Shown one piece after another: positions 25,229-35,573 of a stretch of 64,000 nucleotides of DNA. The notes beneath the pieces were generated by a model. It saw only the letters and a program-made list of their open reading frames with translations. It was not told where the DNA came from and made no database searches. Positions within the stretch are counted from its first letter, which is position 1. The number at the start of each line of letters is the position of its first letter. The translations under genes and the position numbers were made by a program. The DNA comes from Oligoflexales bacterium (GTDB lineage: Bacteria; Bdellovibrionota_B; Oligoflexia; Oligoflexales; RGVZ01), in the NCBI GenBank assembly GCA_044360315.1, contig JBIKKO010000002.1:355-64354 (forward strand), given 5' to 3'.

Positions 25229-26761
25229 ATGATTGAAAAGCAAATTATCGTAAATCACAACATTTCAGAAACACGGATCGCTGTTGTTGAAAAGGAGCAA
25301 GTGGCGGAGCTGTTTGTTGAGCGGCACAGTGATCGAGGACTCGTTGGAAATATCTACAAGGGGTCTATTCTGCGAGTGTTGCCGGGAATGCAGTCCGCTT
25401 TTGTTGACATCGGCGAGGCACGTAGCGGTTTTTTGTATGTTGCAGATGTGTTAAGTGAGGAGTTCATCGCACAAACGCGAGCCTTATTGCATGACACACT
25501 GGATGATCTCAGTCATGACGAGATTGAAAAGAAGATAAAGTGGACGAAGATTGCCATCGAAAAACTACTTCGTGATGGTCAGGACATTTTGGTACAGGTG
25601 GCTAGAGAACCGCTTGGCAGTAAGGGTGCTAGGCTGACTATGTTTATTGCGTTCCCAGGCCGCTATATTGTCCTTAGCCCCTATTTTAATCATATTGGCG
25701 TATCGAAGAAGATAGAGGACATCGAGGAAAGACAACGACTCAAAGAAGTTTTTGATCCAATTAAGCCTGACAATATGGCTGTAATTATGCGGACGGCTGC
25801 TCGCGGGGTTGCTGGAGATGTTTTGATCAAGGAAATGCATTATCTGATTTCACAATGGCGTGATGTGCAGGAGCGTTTTGGATCGGCGTCCTCTCCCACG
25901 CTTTTACATCGCGATTTAGATGTGACACAGCGAGTCATCCGAGAGCAGTTTTCCGAGGACATCGGTAAAGTGGTTATTGATGATGACAAACTATTGAATC
26001 GTGTTAAGAGTTTTCTCGCGGTTACGTCTCCTGGTGCTGAAGCGAAGTTAGAGCTCTATTCGGGCTCTACACCGATTTTCGACGTTTACGGCATAGAGAT
26101 GGATATCGGACGGGCTTTGAGCAAAAAGGTGGATCTTCCAAGTGGTGGATATATAATTATTGATCAGACTGAAGCATTAACATCGTTCGATGTTAACTCA
26201 GGTCGCTACGTGGGCAGATCGAATGCAGCGGAGACAGTTCTCAAGATCAATCTTGAAGCGGTTAAGAAAGTAGTGTCCCAACTAAGGCTTCGAAATATTG
26301 GTGGAATCATTATTATTGATTTTATCGACATGGAGAATCAAGTCGATCGAGACCTGGTGTTTGATTCCTTAATGGAAGAGCTGAAGTCAGACCGGGCGCG
26401 GTCTAACGTTTTGCGTATCAGCGAGTTTGGATTAGTGCAGATGACGCGCAAGCGTACGAGTGAATCCCTCGAGCAGCTACTGATGGATGATTGTCCTCTG
26501 TGTGATGGTAGGGGCAAGGTCAAAAGCGTAGTTACTGAGTCGCACGACTTGTTGCGTGAGATTGTTAGAATCCATAATCAGACAGGAAGAACTCTACTGC
26601 ACGTTCGGGTTAGGGAAGATATTCGTGATTGGATCCTTGAAGAGGAGCGTGATTGGTTTCAGGAGATTGTAGATCGGTGGGGCTTGACGATTAACTTTCG
26701 GCAGGGTGAGCTTAGTGCAGCTGCTTTGTTTGAGAACAGTTTTGAAGTAAGCGCAGAGTAA
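25229..26761 (+). CDS. rng: Ribonuclease G (RNase E/G family)
   Basis: Start at MIEKQIIVN. S1 domain GNIYKGSILRVLPGMQSAFVDIG..GFLYV, DNase-I-like block IIIDQTEALTSFDVNSG, IGGIIIIDFIDM, and CPLCDGRG (Zn-link). Confidence 0.9.
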   Translation: MIEKQIIVNHNISETRIAVVEKEQVAELFVERHSDRGLVGNIYKGSILRVLPGMQSAFVDIGEARSGFLYVADVLSEEFIAQTRALLHDTLDDLSHDEIEKKIKWTKIAIEKLLRDGQDILVQVAREPLGSKGARLTMFIAFPGRYIVLSPYFNHIGVSKKIEDIEERQRLKEVFDPIKPDNMAVIMRTAARGVAGDVLIKEMHYLISQWRDVQERFGSASSPTLLHRDLDVTQRVIREQFSEDIGKVVIDDDKLLNRVKSFLAVTSPGAEAKLELYSGSTPIFDVYGIEMDIGRALSKKVDLPSGGYIIIDQTEALTSFDVNSGRYVGRSNAAETVLKINLEAVKKVVSQLRLRNIGGIIIIDFIDMENQVDRDLVFDSLMEELKSDRARSNVLRISEFGLVQMTRKRTSESLEQLLMDDCPLCDGRGKVKSVVTESHDLLREIVRIHNQTGRTLLHVRVREDIRDWILEEERDWFQEIVDRWGLTINFRQGELSAAALFENSFEVSAE

Positions 26762-26777
26762 GTTGGTTCATTACGAG

Positions 26778-27308
26778 TCATGGAGTTGGCATGCGAAAGG
26801 CGCGTGCAACAAGCCACGTTGGTTCTGATAAGAATGAAGTACTAGAAACAAGGTCCATGACCAACACGTGATTCACCTCCGTTTTTAGGCCTGGAGGAAG
26901 TTTAGCTAGTCGCCAACTTTTACCGCTTTTGTTGACTATCGCAAATTCATTTTTTGCAATCATTTTAAGCACTCCAACAATTGCTGGACGTCCGCGCGCG
27001 ATCTCGAGGATTTCGAAATCGGTGACGTCAAAACAGCTTTTGGCAGGACTCTTTGTATCTACAGTGGTTCCTGTTACTGAGGTAATTGTCCCAGCGAGTT
27101 GCCGGATCTGAAACTCACGATTTCTTGGGCAGATGGTAATTGATTCACTAGAGGCACTCGGCTTGATTTCTGTTTTTCGATTGGCTGGATTGCCTGAAGT
27201 GAATATTTCACCCGTTAGGGTTTCAGCTGACAAAGATGATGTCAAACTCCACACCGTTAACGCAGCTAAAGCAGATGTTCTCCACATTGATTGGGCTTTA
27301 TAAATCAT
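26778..27308 (-). CDS. Hypothetical secreted protein immediately downstream of flgD
   Basis: 176 aa. The start abuts the flgD stop (27308/27309). Signal peptide SALAALTVWSLTSSLSAE. No family recognised. Confidence 0.55.
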   Translation of the reverse strand: MIYKAQSMWRTSALAALTVWSLTSSLSAETLTGEIFTSGNPANRKTEIKPSASSESITICPRNREFQIRQLAGTITSVTGTTVDTKSPAKSCFDVTDFEILEIARGRPAIVGVLKMIAKNEFAIVNKSGKSWRLAKLPPGLKTEVNHVLVMDLVSSTSFLSEPTWLVARAFRMPTP

Positions 27309-28499
27309 TTATCGACCGGCAAATGTCACTGGGATATTCATCTCAGAAATGTTTGGAGGTGGTGCTTCGCTATCTCCGTTTGCGGAGCCTAGTGTTTCTT
27401 TAGGTTTGCCTAGAACGGGGTCGTTGCTATTGTCCCAGCCTAAAGGCTCGGATGATGCGTCTCCGGTAACGGAATTTTTCTCAATTTGTGACTGCGCGGG
27501 CTGTCCCAAAATAGCTGCTTGCGGATTTTTATCACTAGATGGTTGCTCAGATGTGCTTGAGTTAGGCGCACCTTGTGAAGGGCTTGGGGGAGGTGCGGAC
27601 GGTGCCATGACCTTGTTTTCGTCAAAGCCTTGAATACCAACGCTAGCGATATCTTTGACGGCAAGTTTACCAAGCTCTGTGAAGAATGCACCACCGGGTG
27701 CTTGTAAGTCGACACCCGTTATCTTGACTTTGCTTTTTATGGATATCGGAACGTCTTGACCATCTGCCGACTTGCCTACAACCGAAAAGTGATACAAGCC
27801 TGGAGTAGCGACTTGGCCGCTTTTTAGGGTGCCATCCCACTTCAAATTGTGCTCTCCTGGCATAAGATTGCCGAGTTCTTTACTGCCAATGACCTGTCCA
27901 GAACCGTCTCTTACTTCGATAAATGCATTCGAAAGAGGCTGTTCGACTTCGAACGTGGACTTTGTCATTTTATTTTTATCCCACTTTAGCATTCCTGTTC
28001 CAACATCAACCTCTTTTCCAACATAGTTCACCATTGATATCGTTCGGTCGTTTGTTTGACTCTGAAGCATTGTCTCAAGAGTCTTATTGACGTTCATCAT
28101 TTGCTCGAGACCATTAAACTGAGCCATCTGTGATGCCATTTGAGCAGAGTCTTGAGGGTTTAACGGATCCTGGGACTGGAGTTGAGCAATGAAAAGCTTC
28201 ATGAAGTCATCTTTACCCAGAGCGTTCTTCGGCGTTCGCTTTGGATTTGCTTTTTCGGAAAGCATTTTGCGGAACTCTTCATCGGTTTTTGCAGCACTTA
28301 AATCGCCGGTTTTTTTGGCAGATCGTTCGCGAGCCATATCAGAGTTCGAGTTTTGAAGAAGTTTATGAAACTCAAGCTGCTGCTCGGCATCGCGATCCTG
28401 AGCCTTCGGCGTTTCATTGATGCCGACTTGGCTGAATTCCATTGTGTTGGGTGTAGTGATGGGACCCAATTGTGATTGAATTTTTGCACTTACGCTCAT
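27309..28499 (-). CDS. flgD: Flagellar hook assembly (capping) protein FlgD
   Basis: KDDFMKLFIAQLQSQDPLNPQDSAQMASQMAQFNGLEQM is the FlgD N-terminal signature. The central Ig/tudor-like part carries GEHNLKWDG..G..ATPGLYHFSV. There is a long S/P-rich C-terminal tail. Confidence 0.9.
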   Translation of the reverse strand: MSVSAKIQSQLGPITTPNTMEFSQVGINETPKAQDRDAEQQLEFHKLLQNSNSDMARERSAKKTGDLSAAKTDEEFRKMLSEKANPKRTPKNALGKDDFMKLFIAQLQSQDPLNPQDSAQMASQMAQFNGLEQMMNVNKTLETMLQSQTNDRTISMVNYVGKEVDVGTGMLKWDKNKMTKSTFEVEQPLSNAFIEVRDGSGQVIGSKELGNLMPGEHNLKWDGTLKSGQVATPGLYHFSVVGKSADGQDVPISIKSKVKITGVDLQAPGGAFFTELGKLAVKDIASVGIQGFDENKVMAPSAPPPSPSQGAPNSSTSEQPSSDKNPQAAILGQPAQSQIEKNSVTGDASSEPLGWDNSNDPVLGKPKETLGSANGDSEAPPPNISEMNIPVTFAGR

Positions 28500-28549
28500 G
28501 GACTGCCCCCTTTTGCTGATCGATCAGCATCAAATGACGGAGGTGTTGA

Positions 28550-31198
28550 TCAGACGCGTACTTCAAGTCGTCCGCTTGATAGGTTTGTCGGGTTCGACCA
28601 TCGCGATAATGTCGTAGTTGCCGGACTTATCGATCGAGGACTAACGCTAGGCGTTGAATTCCTGAAGGACTGCGCATAATCGCGCATGTCATTGTACGTT
28701 GACCTCTGCTGCTGTGCACCTTGACCAAACTGCTGGCCTTGTCCTGCGAATTGGCGCGGCGTATTCTCGCCAGCCTTTCCGACCTCAAGACCTCTAAGGC
28801 TGATACCCTGCTGGTTCAATCCCTCTCGAAGACCAAATACCTCCTTAGAGATCATATCACGAGCTTGCTCAGATGACGTAATGATACGTACATCAAGTTG
28901 ATTGTTAATTAGATTAATAGCGACATCAACCTTGCCAATTCCAGGGGCTTCCATGTCGAGTCGCATCGATCCGCCACCATTTTTAAACATCATTTGTGCT
29001 TGCCCGAAGATTTTTGAGGCTATCGAGTCTTTGACAGGCGCTTTAGGAGCTTCAGCTACTTTTTCAGTGAACGTCTCGGTAATTTTTCCCGTCTCTGTTT
29101 TGGAGGTTATGAGATTGGATGTTAGATCAAAACCTTGATCTCTCGATTGAGACCCACCATCGCTAAAACCCTCTTCTTGGCTAAACTCCGCAGACGAAGT
29201 CACTAGGTCTGGTAGACTTCCAGTTAGCATCTGTGGGATGTCGCTTGTTGAGGTTAGCCCAAACTCATTTTCTGGCTTAAATTCAGGTATAAATTTCTGT
29301 GGAAGTTCCTCTAATACCCGCTCGATTCCTCTCAAATCTTGAATTTTTGCGTCTTGTTGCGGTAGGTGTTGGTTTGGCTGTGGGTCGTAGCCGCGAGAGA
29401 GTAGATTTTCTTCAATGGACCTTGCGCTAAAACCGTCTCCGCCGAATTCAAATTTTGTGGTTTGTGTGACGTCCATCTGACGACCGATTTCAAGATAGGG
29501 ATCACTTACAAAGTTCTGCCCTGTTATGTCTTGAGGATTGAGCTCGGTCACGATACCTGTAGAGTTCACGTTGCGAGCTGTTATAGAGGTATCACTTAAT
29601 CCTGGCGCATTTGGTTTTGCTAAATTTGAGGACATGGGTTCGGAGCTGACAACTGGCACCCCAGCGTAGATGGCCTGAGCAATCAGCGCTTCAGTCGGGT
29701 CTAATATGGCCGTGGACTCGGCCTTGCTCTCAGCGAGTGTTGGGGTAGAAGGTTTACTGATAGAAGATAGACGGTCATTTAGTGGGTCAAGGCCAACGTT
29801 TGCGTGCTGCGACAGAGCCTTGTCTGGCGTTATGGGCATGCCTGGCGTCACCAGTTTTGCTTGAGCACCTAATTTAGGCGTATTGGCGGCGACTGGCACT
29901 TGTGGATTTTGGTCGCCGAGGCCCGGTTTCTCAACAGTAGGGAGATCTTTGGTGTTTTGGCTCGGCATGATCTGTGTTGCGGCGTCTTTGTTGGCCTTGT
30001 TCTTATGCAAGGGTGCTGACGCTTGCATAGCGGAAGCTCCAACGCTAGCGGCCAGAGCTTTGGCTCTTTGGATGTAGGGAGCTACGCCATCAAGTGGTAA
30101 ACGTTGCTTCAATATAGTTAGTTCACTTGCTATGCGACTAGAGTCGAGACCCAAGGCCTGCAGAAATTCCTTGGGAGTCACTAATTTGCTAGGATCAAGA
30201 CCGGCTTGTGAGGCTTTGTTGATAAGGCTTTGATCGAGTTCGATCAGATTTGAGAGGTCACCGATTGTCATCGGTTTGTTCATAAAGTCTGCTATATCAC
30301 CAGAAGCTAAAGCTTGCTTGATGAGCGGACTCTCAGCGATTAGCGAAGGAATCGTTTCCGGATCAAGTTTTTCCAAACGACCAGTTACAAACGCAAGGAC
30401 TGGATTGCGATTGATGAGTGCATCGGACGCCATCTTGCCGCTCATGATCGTTTTGAGAGGTGACAGAGCTGTGATCGCGTCTATTGCCTGGCTTGACGGT
30501 AATGCTGAAGTGTTATCCGGCATGGTGGCTTGCATTGTGAGAAGATTCAGCTGCTCTGGAGATAGACCTCCCGGCTGACTTGGGACTACTGGGCTTTGGT
30601 CAGCGGTTTGATTTACTGTAGGACTAGCTGCACCTTCAAGCCCAGGGGTTTGGGGCTCCCTAAGTTTTTTTGAGGCCATGCTCTGATTCCGGGATAATAA
30701 CTGGCTGCTGCTTTGGTTGCCTTGTGTTTCGCCCGAACCAGATGTTTGTTGCCCAGCCTGTTCCGGAACATCGGGCGTTTTGCGGGTTGATTTGACGATT
30801 ACTTCGGAGTGATTAGTCTGTTGTTTTGCTTCGTAACGGTCTTCTGAGTTCTTGGAAAGTTTTTCATAATCTGAGGTCTGCTTGGACGCATCAGATTCTT
30901 TGTTTAATTTGGCAATTTTTTCTGAAAACGCTCGTTTTGCGTCGATACCCGATGTGGTGACTGGTGCTTGCGCGGGAGCGTTGACGTCAGGCGGTGATTT
31001 TTTTGTTTGAGGTTGCTGTTGTGGTTTTTTGAGTGTCGCAAGTAACATCTCGGAAAAAGAAGACTCGTCTCCACGCGAAACATCCGGCGCCTTTGGTCTG
31101 CTAGAAGGTCGGCCAAAATTACCCCCTGTAGGTTTCGAGGAGTTGAGTAACTCGTCGAGTCCTTGGTTGTTTTGTAGCTGTCCTAGCAAGGGTTTCAC
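28550..31198 (-). CDS. fliK: Flagellar hook-length control protein FliK
   Basis: 882 aa, with a Q/S/P-rich disordered body and a C-terminal Flg_hook block MRLDMEAPGIGKVDVAINLINNQLDVRIITSSEQARDMISKEVFGLREGLNQQGISLRGLEV. Confidence 0.85.
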   Translation of the reverse strand: MKPLLGQLQNNQGLDELLNSSKPTGGNFGRPSSRPKAPDVSRGDESSFSEMLLATLKKPQQQPQTKKSPPDVNAPAQAPVTTSGIDAKRAFSEKIAKLNKESDASKQTSDYEKLSKNSEDRYEAKQQTNHSEVIVKSTRKTPDVPEQAGQQTSGSGETQGNQSSSQLLSRNQSMASKKLREPQTPGLEGAASPTVNQTADQSPVVPSQPGGLSPEQLNLLTMQATMPDNTSALPSSQAIDAITALSPLKTIMSGKMASDALINRNPVLAFVTGRLEKLDPETIPSLIAESPLIKQALASGDIADFMNKPMTIGDLSNLIELDQSLINKASQAGLDPSKLVTPKEFLQALGLDSSRIASELTILKQRLPLDGVAPYIQRAKALAASVGASAMQASAPLHKNKANKDAATQIMPSQNTKDLPTVEKPGLGDQNPQVPVAANTPKLGAQAKLVTPGMPITPDKALSQHANVGLDPLNDRLSSISKPSTPTLAESKAESTAILDPTEALIAQAIYAGVPVVSSEPMSSNLAKPNAPGLSDTSITARNVNSTGIVTELNPQDITGQNFVSDPYLEIGRQMDVTQTTKFEFGGDGFSARSIEENLLSRGYDPQPNQHLPQQDAKIQDLRGIERVLEELPQKFIPEFKPENEFGLTSTSDIPQMLTGSLPDLVTSSAEFSQEEGFSDGGSQSRDQGFDLTSNLITSKTETGKITETFTEKVAEAPKAPVKDSIASKIFGQAQMMFKNGGGSMRLDMEAPGIGKVDVAINLINNQLDVRIITSSEQARDMISKEVFGLREGLNQQGISLRGLEVGKAGENTPRQFAGQGQQFGQGAQQQRSTYNDMRDYAQSFRNSTPSVSPRSISPATTTLSRWSNPTNLSSGRLEVRV

Positions 31199-31254
31199 TA
31201 AAGTTTTTCTCCAAAGTTCCTTGGGACCATGTTCTGAGGTCCTCTTTCAGGTAA

Positions 31255-31270
31255 AGCATGATCCATGCCA
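31255..31270 (-). promoter_or_regulatory. Sigma-54 (-24/-12) promoter upstream of fliK-flgD
   Basis: Minus strand reads TGGCATGGATCATGCT versus consensus TGGCAC-N5-TTGCW. GG and GC are at the correct 10-nt spacing. It lies 57-72 nt upstream of the fliK ATG. Confidence 0.55.
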
Positions 31271-31363
31271 TAACTTTGGTTGATTGAATTCAGTGACTTA
31301 GGCGATTAAACTTCACTAGAACTAGGCAAAAGGCGACTTTGCTAGGCAAATCATCCTCTGTGA

Positions 31364-32194
31364 CTAGCAGGCGACAATGTATATAACCCAGGTTGTGCAG
31401 CCTATCTCGCTTTTAATAGGTCGAAACGTGCCGTTTCCACGACCTTGCTTGTCAAGACCTTCCGCCCAGTATGTGATGCTAGTAAAGCCTGATTCTTTTA
31501 ATAAATCAGTCAGCTCGGGTATGCTCCAAAGCCGCCAGTCGTAACTGAAAACCTTTTGACGTGTTCTTTCCCCATCTCTTTGGTAGTCAATATGGCACGA
31601 GATGCTGTGATTGACGGCATCAAATTTTTCCACATTCCACCAGTAGTTAAATTTTAACTGTGAGTTTCTGCGACGTTCTCGGTGAGGTCCTTCGTAGTCT
31701 GGCCCTCCAAACGCATCTAATACAAGGATGCCGTGACGTGTCAGAGACTTTTTACATGACTGGAAGTAACGCTTTAACTGGTCTCGTTCTTTCATGAAGA
31801 AATAAGAAAAATTGAGTGCGCAGATCACATCAGGGCGCAGACTGTGATTTTCCATGACATCACCATGAATGAGATGGACTCTTTTTACTACGGATAAGGG
31901 CAAGTCATTTGCAAGATTTTTTGCCCCCCACTGTAGTGCTGTCGCATCGATGTCGACCCCTGCGGCTGCGTGTTGGCTACCTAATAGTGCCCACTCATAA
32001 CAAAGGGCGGCTGTTCCACAGAAGTCTTCTTGTAAGGTGGGAGCTTTTGGCAGAGGCCCTTTCCAAGATTTTTTCATCATCTTCCAGATCAGCTGAGCAT
32101 CGTGCTCCGGGCTTTGAACGGAGTGACTATAGTAAAAGTATTTATCGAAAGGACTCGTGCGGATTGATTGAGAAGGTCTTTTGTTAGCTTTCAT
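31364..32194 (-). CDS. Class I SAM-dependent methyltransferase
   Basis: LQEDFCGTAAL (motif I variant), AAGVDID, HGILVLDAF. Start is probably MKANKRP (32194). Confidence 0.7.
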   Translation of the reverse strand: MKANKRPSQSIRTSPFDKYFYYSHSVQSPEHDAQLIWKMMKKSWKGPLPKAPTLQEDFCGTAALCYEWALLGSQHAAAGVDIDATALQWGAKNLANDLPLSVVKRVHLIHGDVMENHSLRPDVICALNFSYFFMKERDQLKRYFQSCKKSLTRHGILVLDAFGGPDYEGPHRERRRNSQLKFNYWWNVEKFDAVNHSISCHIDYQRDGERTRQKVFSYDWRLWSIPELTDLLKESGFTSITYWAEGLDKQGRGNGTFRPIKSEIGCTTWVIYIVAC

Positions 32195-32423
32195 GTCACG
32201 TCTTCCAGATTGTCTCACCGACTGCCGATGATGTGCGTGGATTCACTAGTGCAATATGATCTTGCCGTAATGTGAACGTTGAAGTTTTGAAATCAAATAT
32301 CGACTATCGAGAGGCTACTTCAAATCAATCATTCTGACCATGAACAAAATGATGGTTGAAGTGACCTCGACTCCTCCTTGGCGCAATGTCGGATGGATCA
32401 AATCGATTAATTGGGTAGATATA

Positions 32424-34046
32424 TTAGTGAACCAGATAGCCAATTGATTTGGCGGCAAGTACACTTTCTAGTACTGCTCTGCCTGTTTTTACGCCGTCGA
32501 GGGCTGCCGATACGATGCCGCCTGCAAAACCAGCACCTTCTCCGCAAGGGAAGATTCCAGGGTGACTGATAGATTGAAGGTCTTTTCCTCGCATCATGGA
32601 AATTGGCGACGAAGTTTTGCTCTCAATTCCAACGACGGCTCCTTCTTCGCAGATGAATCCGCGCATTTTTTTGTCATACTCTTTGACTCCAGCGCGAAGG
32701 GCCTCAACGATGAAGTTCGGAAGTAGCTTGTCCAACCGGGCGTTATTTACGCCTGGCTTATACGTGCTTTTAATCTCGCCTTTGGTTTCTCGACCCGCGA
32801 GAAAATCCTTTAGTTTTTGGGCAGGTGAATAATAACTACCACCGCCAGCAGTAAAAGACGCTTTTTCTAATTGTTCCTGAAAGCGGACTCCATCCAATGG
32901 ATGTCCCCTGTAGAAGTCTTCTCTCAATACGTTTACAACGACGGCAGCATTGGCATACCCGCTATTTCTTGCATGGTAGCTCATCCCATTGATAGCAAGG
33001 TGACCTTCCTGCGCATTGGTTGGCATTAAGTGGCCACCGGGGCACATACAAAACGTCCAAATACCCCTTTGTCCTGATTGCGCGGCTAGCTTGTATTCGG
33101 CAGCCGACGGAATTTTACAACGGCCAAATTGAATGGTGTTGACCACATCCTGGGGGTGTTCGAAGCGAGCTCCCATCGCAAAAGGCTTTGGCACGATGGC
33201 AAGGCCCTTGGCTAAAAGCATCTCGTAGGTCTCGCGCGCTGAATGTCCAATGGCTATGATTAAATGATCCGTTGGGATTTCTTGACCATCGTCTAAAACA
33301 ACTATGTACCGCGCGTGTTCCCCGCCGTCTTTAAACTCAACAAATCGTCTTCCAAACTTAAACTCGCCACCAGTGCTTTCAAGATGGAGCCGCATTTTCT
33401 TAGCGATTCGAACCAGATAGTCTGTACCGATATGTGGCTTGGCATCATATAAAATTTCGCCGGGGGCTCCGTGCTCAACGAACTGATCAAAGACGTGTTT
33501 AATCAGTGGATGATTGCGTCCACAGGTCAGCTTTCCATCGGAGAAGGTTCCGGCTCCTCCCTCTCCGAAGCAGTAGTTACTTTCGGGGGTGAATATTCCG
33601 CGACTTCGAAGTTTGTTTGTGGTTTTTATACGCTTTTCGACCGGTTCTCCGCGCTCAATAACGATGGCAGGTTGACCCGCTCGGGCAAGGGTTAACGCAG
33701 TAAAAATTCCGCTGGGACCAGAGCCGATGATGACCGGCTTATGGCGAAACTGGAGTCCTTCCATCTCTAAGCCGTCAAGAGGATCTGATGGCGGCGCTGG
33801 CTCAGTGATCGATGCTATAGAGGATTTTGTGCGATAGACAGATTGTTCATCATCAACGTCTACGTCGACCTGATAATGGTAGACGATTCTAGCTTTGCGT
33901 CTAGCATCAAGAGATTTCTTATTAATCTGCACACGGCGAATTGTGTCCTCGGGAATCTCAAGCATAGCAGCAATCTGGCGATTGAGATGTGCGTTAGCTG
34001 AGATATCTGTGACGGGCACTTCAACATCATGAAGTCGCAGGGTCAT
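32424..34046 (-). CDS. FAD-dependent oxidoreductase (NAD(FAD)-utilizing dehydrogenase family, COG2509-like)
   Basis: Start MTLRLHD follows GAGGAG. Dinucleotide fold VIIGSGPSGIFTALTLAR and C-terminal IFPCGEGAGFAGGIVSAALDG. Confidence 0.8.
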   Translation of the reverse strand: MTLRLHDVEVPVTDISANAHLNRQIAAMLEIPEDTIRRVQINKKSLDARRKARIVYHYQVDVDVDDEQSVYRTKSSIASITEPAPPSDPLDGLEMEGLQFRHKPVIIGSGPSGIFTALTLARAGQPAIVIERGEPVEKRIKTTNKLRSRGIFTPESNYCFGEGGAGTFSDGKLTCGRNHPLIKHVFDQFVEHGAPGEILYDAKPHIGTDYLVRIAKKMRLHLESTGGEFKFGRRFVEFKDGGEHARYIVVLDDGQEIPTDHLIIAIGHSARETYEMLLAKGLAIVPKPFAMGARFEHPQDVVNTIQFGRCKIPSAAEYKLAAQSGQRGIWTFCMCPGGHLMPTNAQEGHLAINGMSYHARNSGYANAAVVVNVLREDFYRGHPLDGVRFQEQLEKASFTAGGGSYYSPAQKLKDFLAGRETKGEIKSTYKPGVNNARLDKLLPNFIVEALRAGVKEYDKKMRGFICEEGAVVGIESKTSSPISMMRGKDLQSISHPGIFPCGEGAGFAGGIVSAALDGVKTGRAVLESVLAAKSIGYLVH

Positions 34047-34175
34047 CGGAAGGCTCCTCTTCAGTAGAAGGTGGTTTCTATAATAGAAGCCAAGGTATTT
34101 CAATGATTTTATGGAAATTTTATCAAGTATTTATAATCATTAGTAAAAATGAGGGGATCACATTCAAAAGACTGG

Positions 34176-34212
34176 CCCCTGGGTCCAGCTGATTGCGTGA
34201 CCCAGGGGTTTT
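34176..34212 (-). terminator. 10-bp perfect stem-loop (CCCCTGGGTC-N13-GACCCAGGGG) with flanking T-runs
   Basis: Read directly. It lies 60 nt downstream of the small minus-strand ORF at 34271-34468 and upstream of the oxidoreductase start. T4 follows on the plus strand and CTTTT on the minus strand. Confidence 0.5.
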
Positions 34213-34270
34213 GCGGTCGATCCATCTCCGGATGCCTTGTCGATTCCAAGCCTATTCGACTTGGAAAGAG

Positions 34271-34468
34271 TTAGTCGATAAACTGCTCATCGTGCTCGAG
34301 ACCTTTGTGAAGAAGCTTGAGGGCGACCATACAGGCTAGGGCTGGTTTTCGCTGCTCTGGTTTTAAGGTCTCAAACAGTATTTTCGTCACCAACTCACCC
34401 TTAGCTCTGGCAATGCCAGATATAGCATCAACGGCAGAATCCACTTGACCGGTTGCATCTTGTCGCAC
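34271..34468 (-). CDS. Small hypothetical protein (start uncertain)
   Basis: 65-aa GTG-start ORF. The frame stays open ~100 nt further upstream without ATG/GTG/TTG. It is followed by a strong hairpin. Confidence 0.3.
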   Translation of the reverse strand: MRQDATGQVDSAVDAISGIARAKGELVTKILFETLKPEQRKPALACMVALKLLHKGLEHDEQFID

Positions 34469-34808
34469 GCTATCATGATCAAGAACAGCTTGAACGAAGC
34501 GAAGTCTTGCCAGTTTTAGCTCACTTTCGAAAGGGATGGCAGTTGTTTTAGCGATTTCGTCATGGTCTGACCGTTAGGCCTGTCATTAGTGATTGTTGCT
34601 ACCATGGTTAAAATTTCGAGCACTTTGTGGCTAAAGAGCACTGTGCAGGACAAATAAAATTTTTATTCTTTTTAGTTTGCGAGATGAATTGAGTAGGATC
34701 TGGCTGGCGTTAACTTGGGTTTTTTGATGATTGGCATGTTTTGTGCTTCGTTGCTGGATCCTCATCGTGGGGTCATGATTTGTCATTTAAAATTTAAGGA
34801 GAACGTGT

Positions 34809-35573
34809 ATGGATTTTAGAAAATTTTTGGTTACTATCTTTGCATCACTGATGGCGCACACTATTTATGCCGACGACCATGGCTCTATTGTGGTGTTTGG
34901 CAAAGGCATGTCGACGGCTGCACCTGACTATGTATCATTAAGTATAAAAGTTTCATCGATCTGCTATGAAACCTCACAAGACGCTCAAGCTGCGAATGCA
35001 AAATTAGCGACCCGCCTCGTCGATATTTTGAAGGGATTCAAAACCAATGATCGCGATAAACTTACAGCTTCAGGTGGTGCAAACTATCGTCAAACTGAAA
35101 CGATTATGGTTGACGATACAGCGAAAGTTCTTTGCGCGCTAAAGTGGCGCTCGGAAAATACATTGACCTTAGACATGGTCGACATCACTGAGCTTGCATC
35201 CCTCCAGGATGCAGTATTTTCGGAGCTAAATCAGGTTGCTGAGGTTAATCCGGAGGCAAGTCAGCAGACCTACGCTGAAGTTAGTCGGCCTGTGTTTTCA
35301 TTGTTCACCGATACCGCGTTGCGACTTCGTAACGAAGCGCAGACTTTTGCGTTCAACGATGCGAAAGAGCAGTTTAATGGGTTGAATTCACGCTGTGACT
35401 TTGTTGATCCGAGATTGGTGAGTATTGCCCCTCCGGAGTTTAGTTACGCTGTGAAGTCCTACGGCGAGCGATCGTCACCCGGCTATGCGTCACCAGTAAT
35501 TCCTGATGCCATGGAGGTTCATGCTTCGCTTCGTGTTGAATGGCAGTTTACACCGAATTCCCCTTGCAAGTAA
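34809..35573 (+). CDS. SIMPL/DUF541 family periplasmic protein (BP26-like)
   Basis: Signal peptide, then GSIVVFGKGMSTAAPDYVSLSIKVSS...AQAANA. This is the typical start of the SIMPL fold. Size is ~250 aa. Confidence 0.7.
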   Translation: MDFRKFLVTIFASLMAHTIYADDHGSIVVFGKGMSTAAPDYVSLSIKVSSICYETSQDAQAANAKLATRLVDILKGFKTNDRDKLTASGGANYRQTETIMVDDTAKVLCALKWRSENTLTLDMVDITELASLQDAVFSELNQVAEVNPEASQQTYAEVSRPVFSLFTDTALRLRNEAQTFAFNDAKEQFNGLNSRCDFVDPRLVSIAPPEFSYAVKSYGERSSPGYASPVIPDAMEVHASLRVEWQFTPNSPCK

